Source: a virus. From it: a DNA stretch of 64,000 nucleotides. The notes beneath the pieces were generated by a model. The model did no database searches. It had not been told where the DNA came from and saw only the letters and a list, made by a program, of their open reading frames with translations. Shown one piece after another: positions 30,456-37,206 of the stretch (the first letter of the stretch is position 1; every line of letters starts with the position of its first letter). The position numbers were made by a program, and so were the translations under genes. The DNA lies in IMG/VR virus record IMGVR_UViG_3300050821_002963, positions 67,525 through 131,524 of that record. One strand, given 5' to 3'.

Positions 30456-31609
30456 ACTTAGCTTCTGCTATTTCCATCTACGCCTTTGGCACGGCCGAAG
30501 GGGCTGTGAAGGGATGGGATACAAGAGGGCGTGGCCGTGCACCTAGACCACCAGCAAAGCCTCGTCCTTTCAAAACGGCACCTGGCAAAGCTGGTGGATA
30601 CTTTAAGCCTGGAAGTATTGCTGCTAGACTGTATGAGGATTTGGCAGTGAATCCGGGCAGATGGTTCTCTAGAAAAGAGTTGAGGGAAAAATACCAGGTT
30701 GGTGGCTTGCTACAAGCCTTGATGCAGTTGCAGAGGGCTGGGGTAGAAAAAGGAAAATGGGATATAGAATTCAGGCGGAACAACGGGTTCGTTAGGCTGG
30801 TTCCTAGAATAGAACATAGGCAGGGAGAAGATTCTCCGATTCAGTCTCCAAAGGATAAAAGTCAGGCAGAGTACAATCTTTTTCACATGGCTATTGTGAA
30901 AAAGGATGAGCTGGGTGGCGGCGTAACACCTTCGTACAAAGTTAAGTTGGAAGATGGCAGCGTAGCTGTAATGAAGTATCCCTACAACGGTGTATTCGGT
31001 CCGGCGAGAGATAATATTCCTTTGAAGGGAGAACCGGAGAGGGAAGCGGGAGCCTGGCAAGTAGCGAAGGTAGTGGGCATGCAGGATTTGGTTCCGCCGA
31101 CTGTAGTTAGAGAGGTAGACGGAAAAGCAGCTTCTCTACAGCTATGGACTGGTGGTAGACAGGCAGAAGCTGCGGGCAATCCGTTTGATGGGATGCAAGA
31201 TAGAGCTAGAGTGGCGGCCTTCGATTACGTAATTGGCAATGAGGATAGGCACAAAGGCAACTGGTTGGTTGATAATGAAGGAAAGATACATCTTATTGAC
31301 CATGGTCTATCTTTTCCGCAAGGACAGTGGAACGCGAAATTCAACTCCAAGTTCGTAAGAAGGATGGCAGAGCAGGAAGATATATCGGAGCAGTATAAAC
31401 CAAAAGTACAGGGGCAAGTATTCTCCGAGAATCAAGAAAAGATAGTCTCAGCCCTAAAAGGTGTTGGCTTGGGACAAGATGAGATACGTGGAGTAAAGGA
31501 AAGAATTGCTAATATGGCAGCCGCGAAAGAGTGGGACGACCTTCCAGAACTAAAGCGGAGAGGAATTGGGAGAGGACAGGGTAGGCCTTGGGCTAAGGGT
31601 GGCGACTAG
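30452..31609 (+). CDS. HipA/PI3-PI4-kinase-like protein kinase with leader and winged-helix-like domain
   Basis: 'GGGVT', 'AVMK', 'EREAGAW', 'FDYVIGNEDRHKGNWL', 'LIDHGLSF'. Confidence 0.8.
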   Translation: MNLASAISIYAFGTAEGAVKGWDTRGRGRAPRPPAKPRPFKTAPGKAGGYFKPGSIAARLYEDLAVNPGRWFSRKELREKYQVGGLLQALMQLQRAGVEKGKWDIEFRRNNGFVRLVPRIEHRQGEDSPIQSPKDKSQAEYNLFHMAIVKKDELGGGVTPSYKVKLEDGSVAVMKYPYNGVFGPARDNIPLKGEPEREAGAWQVAKVVGMQDLVPPTVVREVDGKAASLQLWTGGRQAEAAGNPFDGMQDRARVAAFDYVIGNEDRHKGNWLVDNEGKIHLIDHGLSFPQGQWNAKFNSKFVRRMAEQEDISEQYKPKVQGQVFSENQEKIVSALKGVGLGQDEIRGVKERIANMAAAKEWDDLPELKRRGIGRGQGRPWAKGGD

Positions 31610-32316
31610 TGATTTCGCAAACAGACATTGTGCTTCCGGTTCACGACGCTCTGGATTACACACAAGCTTGTGTGGATTCGGTGTTCAAGCATACGCCCGC
31701 ATTGAACAGGCTGATAATCGTGGACGACCACAGCGACATAGTAACGACAGCGTATCTGCTGAGTGTGTTGGTGAATCATCCTTCGACACTGTATATCAGG
31801 ACAGGGACTCAGCGTTGGTTTACGAGAGCTAGTAACTTGGGTTTGCGGTTAGTGCGGACACAGAGATGCGTATTACTCAATTCAGATTGTGTGGTGGACC
31901 GTGACTGGCTCGAAGAAATGTATGCCGTTTGGGATGAATACAGTACAACGAGACCTGAAAGAAAAGTTGGTCTCGTTGGGTCGCACCAATCTGGTGAAGA
32001 GCCCCGTAGGTGGGGCGAATACCAGGAACCTGGATACGTCACTGGGCATGCTTTACTTCTTGATGTTCCGGTGCTTTCAGAAATGTCAGAGCGACGCGGA
32101 ATGTGCGGATGGTATCTAGATGAAGTGAACACCAATGCGATACACATTAATTCAGATAGGTTTCTTAGCTACGAATTGAATAGGGCTGGCTACGCAACGA
32201 TAGCTTCTTTCAAAGCGGCAGTCGGCCATCATGGCGGGAAGAGTTGGGGGCATAATCTGGGTAGAATAGCCTCGTTAAGAATAACGGACCAGTTGAAGGG
32301 TGAAGTTGTTGGATGA
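31609..32316 (+). CDS. GT2 glycosyltransferase
   Basis: 'DIVLPVHD', 'IIVDDHS', 'FTRASNLG', 'LLNSDC'. Confidence 0.85.
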   Translation: MISQTDIVLPVHDALDYTQACVDSVFKHTPALNRLIIVDDHSDIVTTAYLLSVLVNHPSTLYIRTGTQRWFTRASNLGLRLVRTQRCVLLNSDCVVDRDWLEEMYAVWDEYSTTRPERKVGLVGSHQSGEEPRRWGEYQEPGYVTGHALLLDVPVLSEMSERRGMCGWYLDEVNTNAIHINSDRFLSYELNRAGYATIASFKAAVGHHGGKSWGHNLGRIASLRITDQLKGEVVG

Positions 32317-32345
32317 TTCTTGTATAATAAGCATGGAGGGAAGAG

Positions 32346-32780
32346 ATGGCGGTATACGAAAGAACGTACGAGCTTACCAGTTGTCATTTTAACGGCGAAT
32401 CAGTCTACAAAGACTACTACGAAGCTCAAGAAGCAGCCAAGGCAGGGGACTTCACGAAAGCATATGCCCTGTTGCTAGCTGTCCTACCAGCAAGTCACGG
32501 ACACAATTTCAAAGTAAAGATAACGGCAACTGGTTTGATAGACATCAAGACGGGCTACGTTATTGACGATTACGAATTGGAGAAGATGATTCGTAAGTAC
32601 GATAATGTAAATCTGTCAACGTTGGAAGAGTTTGGTGGGGCTGGTGTCAGGGCCACGACAGAAAATCTAGCTGTAACGTTCTGGCACATGATAAAAGAAT
32701 GTTTTCCAAAGTGCCGAGTGCAAGTGGATGTATGGGAGACAGAGCAAATCTGTGCCAGATATGGAGATTCAGTCGAATGA
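32346..32780 (+). CDS. Divergent QueD/PTPS-family protein
   Basis: 'SCHF', 'HGHNFKV', 'GYVID', 'TTENLA', 'VWETE'; GGAGG RBS and TATAAT at 32323-32328. Confidence 0.75.
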   Translation: MAVYERTYELTSCHFNGESVYKDYYEAQEAAKAGDFTKAYALLLAVLPASHGHNFKVKITATGLIDIKTGYVIDDYELEKMIRKYDNVNLSTLEEFGGAGVRATTENLAVTFWHMIKECFPKCRVQVDVWETEQICARYGDSVE

Positions 32781-33625
32781 AAATAGACTTGACAGCGATG
32801 CCATCGGGGGAACGGTACGAAGACAGGTACGGAGCGTACATGGCTATCTTTAAGCAGATAACCGAGTGCAACGATGAGTTGGTGTACGTGAAGAACCCCC
32901 CGGCTTCCTGGATTCCGTTGTTGAAGTATTTGAACTGTACAGTCTATGGCGTCCAGTTCTATTTCGAGCATGACGATATGGTTTCGCTCGTGAGGGGGTA
33001 CCCCCACGACAGGACAGCAGTAGAAGTTCTTTGCGGATTCCGGCCGGAGACGGTAGACGCTCTTTGGAAAGTGGATACGCAATGGGAAGTGGCTCCAAAC
33101 AGAAGAAAGAAATCGGAAGGGAAGAAAGAGTTCATCGTCACGAACAATGGCAGTTTCCACAGACAGGAAGTAATAGACTTTATAGGAAACCAGCTGGCTG
33201 AATACAAGCCAAAGAAAAAGAAAGTGGTCTTGGTTCCTTGTGCTGCGGATAAGCCTTATCCTTCCAGAATGCACAAAGCAGTACTTGACAGGATGCCGGA
33301 GGACTACTATCTTGCAAACGCGACGGGAGTGCTGGGGTTGGTGCCGCAAGACCTATGGCCGGTAATGCCGCATTATGATTCGGGGCTCCCGAACGAGTGG
33401 CGGTTACAGCAGCTAGTAAAGAAATATTTCGAGAAATATCGCCACGAGAAGGTAGTGGTCTATTTGGATTACTACTCCAAAGCTGTTAAGCTGGGTTTGG
33501 AACGGGCTGGGTACAAAGAAGAGCAGATGGTGTTTGTGAATCCGGTAATCTTCTATTTCGATTACTTGCCTTTGCACGAAGACGAATACTTGAAGAAACT
33601 GGAAGAAGCTTTCAAGGAGAGTTAG
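32777..33625 (+). CDS. ArcS-like (DUF5591-type) protein
   Basis: 'LVPCAADKPYPSRMH' approximates the archaeosine synthase PCx3KPYx2Sx2H motif; 'LGLVP.DL.....HYD'. Confidence 0.7.
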   Translation: MKIDLTAMPSGERYEDRYGAYMAIFKQITECNDELVYVKNPPASWIPLLKYLNCTVYGVQFYFEHDDMVSLVRGYPHDRTAVEVLCGFRPETVDALWKVDTQWEVAPNRRKKSEGKKEFIVTNNGSFHRQEVIDFIGNQLAEYKPKKKKVVLVPCAADKPYPSRMHKAVLDRMPEDYYLANATGVLGLVPQDLWPVMPHYDSGLPNEWRLQQLVKKYFEKYRHEKVVVYLDYYSKAVKLGLERAGYKEEQMVFVNPVIFYFDYLPLHEDEYLKKLEEAFKES

Positions 33626-33626
33626 G

Positions 33627-34307
33627 ATGAAGCCAACAGCAGTGGTCTTGCTCAGCGGTGGAATGGATTCAGCGGTACTTCTCTGGCATGTGAAAGCAAG
33701 CGGAAAGGTTCCTTTCGCTCTATCCTTTGACTACGGTCAGAGACACGTCTGCGAACTGGAGAGGGCGGCGGAGTTGGCGGAGATTGCGGAAGTGTCATGG
33801 GTGGCAGCAAACTTGCAGCCTATTCAGCCATTGATTTCGAAGGGCTCCCAGACGGGTGTGGATCTTCCACCGGATGGACATTACACAGAGATGTCGATGA
33901 AGACGACTATCGTTCCGAATAGAAACGCCATCATGCTCTCGATAGCGGTTGGGTTTGCCATCGCGCATGAGATGGAGCATGTGTACTACGCTGCGCATGG
34001 GGGAGACCATACGATCTATCCGGATTGTCGGCCAGAGTTCTTCGATGCTTTCAGTCGGGCAATGATATTGGGGAATGGCTGGGACCTAATTAATCTGCAC
34101 GCTCCTTTCATCCACAGGACCAAAGAAGGGTTGGTAAGGCTTGGGACGGAGCTGGGCGTTCCTTTCGAGAAGACGTGGTCTTGCTATAAGGGCAGTGGGC
34201 AGAACCACTGTGGTACTTGTGGAACATGCGTCGAGAGGCGGGAGGCATTCCAATTGGCGAAGGTTCCGGACCCGACTCAGTACGAAGCCGAGTTCGTGAA
34301 AAAATAG
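33627..34307 (+). CDS. queC: 7-cyano-7-deazaguanine synthase
   Basis: SGGMDS, FDYGQRH, VPNRN, YPDCRPEF, TWSCY...CGTCGTC. Confidence 0.95.
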   Translation: MKPTAVVLLSGGMDSAVLLWHVKASGKVPFALSFDYGQRHVCELERAAELAEIAEVSWVAANLQPIQPLISKGSQTGVDLPPDGHYTEMSMKTTIVPNRNAIMLSIAVGFAIAHEMEHVYYAAHGGDHTIYPDCRPEFFDAFSRAMILGNGWDLINLHAPFIHRTKEGLVRLGTELGVPFEKTWSCYKGSGQNHCGTCGTCVERREAFQLAKVPDPTQYEAEFVKK

Positions 34308-34308
34308 T

Positions 34309-34338
34309 TTGCGAATGTGAGACGTGTTCCTGTATAAT
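34309..34338 (+). promoter_or_regulatory. sigma70-type promoter at the head of the RNA island
   Basis: TTGCGA (34309-14), 18 nt, TATAAT (34333-38), 24 nt before the first Y-like RNA. Confidence 0.6.
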
Positions 34339-34361
34339 ATGGATGCGAATCACTCTCAAGA

Positions 34362-34434
34362 ACTCGGTGGGCCGGATGGTTAGCGTTATCCTTCAAAGAT
34401 AAAAATGCTGGCCAGTAGTCTTTGTCTACCGAGT
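34362..34434 (+). ncRNA. Y RNA-like unit 1 (short; anticodon-loop mimic CUUCAAA)
   Basis: ACTCGGTGGGC(C)GGA pairs with TTTGTCTACCGAGT leaving a bulged C; inner stem; TTATC-CTTCAAA-GATAA hairpin. Confidence 0.75.
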
Positions 34435-34445
34435 AAGATTTTGTG

Positions 34446-34603
34446 GCGTGGGGCCGGATGTGAATCGTTATCAGAGGAACTGCTGCCCGCAAGGGCGTGG
34501 GGGTTCGAGTCCCTTCCCTCCCGACGAATTGACGGGAGGTGGCGGAAAGGTAGACGCGGCAGTAAGCCGAAAGGCATATCGGTTCCAAAAATTAGTCTCA
34601 CGC
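34446..34603 (+). ncRNA. Y RNA-like unit 2 (YrlA-type; permuted class II tRNA-like domain)
   Basis: GCGTGGGGCCGGA / AGTCTCACGC stem; variable arm GCCCGCAAGGGC, T arm GGTTCGAGTCC, loop-closed acceptor stem CTCCCG/CGGGAG, then D arm GGCGGAAAGGTAGACGC. Confidence 0.8.
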
Positions 34604-34624
34604 TTTTAATTCAAGGAGGACGTC

Positions 34625-34936
34625 ATGGATTTTTGCATCTGTAAGGCAAGTAAGGTTTGGTTGCTGAAGAAAGATGGTTGAATCTTCCGGGTGTCTTTCA
34701 GTCGGGCAGTTATCGACTTACTGAGGCGGAAGGTCGGAACGAAGTATCAAATCCAGCGCGGCAAGTTGGTGGTTGGAAAGAAATTGGAAGAGAAAGAAGA
34801 ATCTAGTTCTGGATTGTACGTTGTGGCCAGCACGAAGGATGGTAAGCCATTGAGGGTCGCAACGGATAGGCGGGTTGCGGAAGTGTTGGTGGATGGGCAT
34901 TACAGATATTTGGCAGAGGGCTTTCTACTCCGGTAG
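34625..34936 (+). CDS. 103-codon ORF with in-frame TGA at 34679 (readthrough candidate or pseudogene)
   Basis: AAGGAGGA RBS before ATG 34625; MDFCICKASKVWLLKKDG*IFRVSFSR... continues in frame into ORF 34691..34936. Confidence 0.55.
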
Positions 34937-35002
34937 CTCAACTGGTAGAGCAGTGGCCTTCAAAGCCGACGGGTGCGGGTTCAAGTCCCGCCCGGAGTAC
35001 CA
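34927..35002 (+). tRNA. tRNA with anticodon TCA (opal suppressor-type)
   Basis: 76 nt; acceptor ACTCCGG/CCGGAGT, D arm, loop CTTCAAA, T arm GCGGGTTCAAGTCCCGC, encoded CCA; short variable loop; imperfect top of anticodon stem. Confidence 0.85.
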
Positions 35003-35022
35003 AAAACTTTAAGGAGAACGAA

Positions 35023-35104
35023 CATGGCAAACCTTATAGCGAACACTACTGGAAAGGCCCTTGTGCCTCAGTAGGTACGCTAAACAGAAAGGAGTTTTGC
35101 CATG
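35023..35104 (+). promoter_or_regulatory. Leader hairpin covering the RBS/ATG of 35102, with a 16-codon uORF (35024-35074)
   Basis: CATGGCAAA/TTTGCCATG, TAGCG/CGCTA, CTACTG/CAGTAG pairings; uORF has its own AAGGAG. Confidence 0.6.
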
Positions 35105-35791
35105 CGCCCAGATATGGGGCGGTTGATTATTGAGGATGGAAGAAGGGGAGACGGAGGGCCAAAGACCTGTTACGATAAGATTCGGAGAGTGGGAGAAGAC
35201 TACGAAAATCTCCCCAGCTTCGAATCCACGAGTCGCCACAGAAAACAGGACAGCAACTCACAAGGCGACAGGCTTAACCCTTTGAAGAGGTATTTGGAAT
35301 CACAAGTTGGTCGGCCTTGGTCGGAAGTATTTTCTGAAATCTGTGCGGTGAACGATAAGCGGACGATTCGCGGTTATCATTTGCTAACGCACCTATTTCA
35401 GGATGTAATGGTGGATGGGGTTCAGCGCGGAGACATCGGCGGCTATCAGGATTTTAAAGTTGGACCGGACGGGGTTCTAAGGAAACACGATTGGCGGAAA
35501 ACTCGTCGGTATAGCCGGCCTGAGAAGAAAAAGCAGCCGAAAGTTTTCAAGCTCGGTAATGGATGGGAGTATCAGAAGCTGGAAGGTCTCTGGTTTCGGG
35601 TTCACTATCGGACGGACGAAACGGTGATTCCAGGACACTTCACAGAACGGACTTTCAGCTACGGGAAGAAAGCGGAGTTGAAGTATCGGTATTGGATTAA
35701 CACCCAGGTAAGAACAGATGTGGTCATGGATGTGAAAGTTTCTTGTGGCCAGAAGGACTTGAAAGAGATTAGAAAACTTCTGGCTAAGTAA
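35102..35791 (+). CDS. Basic hypothetical protein in the Ro60/Y RNA island
   Basis: AAGGAG RBS; 229 aa; 'LNPLKRYLESQVGRPWSEVFSEIC'. Confidence 0.75.
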   Translation: MRPDMGRLIIEDGRRGDGGPKTCYDKIRRVGEDYENLPSFESTSRHRKQDSNSQGDRLNPLKRYLESQVGRPWSEVFSEICAVNDKRTIRGYHLLTHLFQDVMVDGVQRGDIGGYQDFKVGPDGVLRKHDWRKTRRYSRPEKKKQPKVFKLGNGWEYQKLEGLWFRVHYRTDETVIPGHFTERTFSYGKKAELKYRYWINTQVRTDVVMDVKVSCGQKDLKEIRKLLAK

Positions 35792-35797
35792 AGGTTA

Positions 35798-35938
35798 AGA
35801 CGCGGGCCGGATGTGGTTGGTTATCGCAAACCAAAGATGTACTTGCGGGTAGCTCAGTTGGCAGAGCCCCCTACGTAGTAGGGTTGACGTGGGTTCGATT
35901 CCCACCCTAAACACCGACTGCGAGATTTGTCTGCGTCT
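35798..35938 (+). ncRNA. Y RNA-like unit 3 (normal-order tRNA-like domain, collapsed anticodon loop)
   Basis: AGACGCGGGCCGGA / TTTGTCTGCGTCT; D arm TAGCTCAGTTGGCAGAGC, CCCTAC-GTA-GTAGGG, T arm GTGGGTTCGATTCCCAC. Confidence 0.8.
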
Positions 35939-35945
35939 AAGTTTT

Positions 35946-36022
35946 GCTCTCGTAACTCAGCGGATTAGAGTGTCAGCCTTCTAAGCTGAAAGTCGTGAGT
36001 TCGAATCTCACCGAGAGCACCA
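35946..36022 (+). tRNA. tRNA-Arg(TCT)
   Basis: GCTCTCG/CGAGAGC acceptor, TCAGC-CTTCTAA-GCTGA, T arm, ACCA. Confidence 0.95.
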
Positions 36023-36111
36023 GCTGTAGTAAGGAGGGCCGGCGGTGTTGAAAGGACACGACAGCGACACCCTCCGTTACAAAGGCTGCTGGTAGTTGAC
36101 GCAGAAGAACA

Positions 36112-36372
36112 ATGAAACTAACAAAAGGACCATTAGCGGGCTACAAAGTTGAGATGGCGGAGGGCGAAAAGACTCGGCAGTATCAGGAAGACGTGGATAA
36201 GCTGGTCAACCTGATGGGTTACGAGTGGGCGTTGGTCACGGACTTGAGTAGAATAGGCGACTTCTACACGGATGAGACAGATGTGGAGATGCTGTCTCTC
36301 AAGTTGGGATTTCCGGTAACACGGAAAGACTATATGTGGGAAGTGGCCATGAGAACGAGGAAAAGTAATTAA
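36112..36372 (+). CDS. Hypothetical protein
   Basis: 86-aa ORF between RNA genes; 'ALVTDLSRIGDF'. Confidence 0.6.
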   Translation: MKLTKGPLAGYKVEMAEGEKTRQYQEDVDKLVNLMGYEWALVTDLSRIGDFYTDETDVEMLSLKLGFPVTRKDYMWEVAMRTRKSN

Positions 36373-36379
36373 AAGTTTC

Positions 36380-36515
36380 TGCTGGGGCCGGACTGAATCG
36401 GTTATCACAGGTTCGAATCCTGTCTCTCAGCTCGAAAGAGTCTATGAGAGACAAGGCTACAGTCGGTGGCAACATCGAAGGGTAGCGTTTCCGATTCGAA
36501 GTATTTGTCTCAGCA
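36380..36515 (+). ncRNA. Y RNA-like unit 4 (T arm plus divergent domain)
   Basis: TGCTGGGGCCGGA / TTTGTCTCAGCA; GAATCGG/CCGATTC; ACAGGTTCGAATCCTGT; CTCTCA/TGAGAG. Confidence 0.75.
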
Positions 36516-36522
36516 TAAGAGA

Positions 36523-36733
36523 TTGCATAGGCCGGAGTTGTGCGTTACCTCAATACATAGAAGGTAGCCGGCTCTTAAGTTGGCTACACACTGGGTTCTG
36601 CCGGCAGTTATTCCGGTGGGCAGGGATAGCCTCCTGTAATTGGCTAGCAAGAGCCAACATCAAAAGTGGAAACCCTTGCGGTCGGCCTCTTATCGGAGAC
36701 TGGCTTTTCGCACAGCAATATTTGTCTATGCAA
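36523..36733 (+). ncRNA. Y RNA-like unit 5 (long, non-tRNA cargo)
   Basis: TTGCATAGGCCGGA / TTTGTCTATGCAA; GTTGTGCG/CGCACAGC; GTTACC variant of the box; several internal hairpins. Confidence 0.7.
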
Positions 36734-36740
36734 ATGAGTT

Positions 36741-36826
36741 GGGTGCCCATTAGGGTTAGCGTAGCCTGGTTTACGCGCTGGGACGCCAGAGACGTTGGTT
36801 CAAATCCAACACCCTGATGGGCATCC
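36741..36826 (+). ncRNA. tRNA-like RNA without an anticodon loop, 16-bp terminal stem
   Basis: GGGTGCCCATTAGGGT/ACCCTGATGGGCATCC; D arm; CTGG-GACG-CCAG; T arm GTTGGTTCAAATCCAAC; no CCA. Confidence 0.7.
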
Positions 36827-36835
36827 TTTAGTTTC

Positions 36836-36961
36836 AGAACGGGCCGGATGAGTTGGGTTATCTACCGAATAGATACGTGGGTTCGAATCCCACCGCCGTG
36901 GTTCCAAGACGGCGTGGCAGAGTGGCTAATGCGCCCCAGCTTGGTTTCTTTTGTCCGTTCT
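36836..36961 (+). ncRNA. Y RNA-like unit 6 (YrlA-type permuted tRNA domain)
   Basis: AGAACGGGCCGGA / TTTGTCCGTTCT; T arm GTGGGTTCGAATCCCAC, CGCCGT/ACGGCG closed acceptor, D arm TGGCAGAGTGGCTAATGC. Confidence 0.8.
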
Positions 36962-36970
36962 AAAAAGTTT

Positions 36971-37115
36971 GAGTGGGCCGGATGTGAATCGTTATCTTGT
37001 AATCTGCGGGTCGGTGGTTCGAATCCATCTAACGTGAATAAAGTAACGTTATAGCTCAGTTGGCAGAGCAGCAGAACCCCGAAAGGGGATTTCGGTTCCA
37101 AATATATGTCCACTC
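36971..37115 (+). ncRNA. Y RNA-like unit 7 (permuted tRNA-Thr(TGT)-like domain)
   Basis: GAGTGGGCCGGA / TGTCCACTC; CTTGTAA-TCTGC, T arm, TAACGT/ACGTTA, D arm TAGCTCAGTTGGCAGAGC, GCAGA. Confidence 0.8.
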
Positions 37116-37128
37116 TTAAGGAAAGGAA

Positions 37129-37200
37129 TCTGGCGGGCCGGTTAGCTACCGTTATCCTCAGGCGATAAAAATGGTGGCGATGTAGTTTATGTCTGCCAGG
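37129..37200 (+). ncRNA. Y RNA-like unit 8 (short; anticodon-loop mimic CUCAGGC)
   Basis: TCTGGCGGGCCGG / TGTCTGCCAGG; GCTACCGT/ATGGTGGC; TTATC-CTCAGGC-GATAA. Confidence 0.75.
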
Positions 37201-37206
37201 TAAATT

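Noticed and set aside
34927-35002. tRNA-Sec
   Set aside because: 76 nt, 7-bp acceptor stem and short variable loop; lacks the long arms of tRNA-Sec.
36025-36080. Eleventh Y RNA unit (contains GGGCCGG)
   Set aside because: Forms a GGAGG/CCTCC stem but lacks the TTATC box and the 3' TGTC strand; may be a separate hairpin.
34405-37113. Short ORFs overlapping the RNA units (34405..34644, 36848..37054 and minus-strand ORFs)
   Set aside because: No RBS; similarity between them simply reflects the RNA scaffold repeat.
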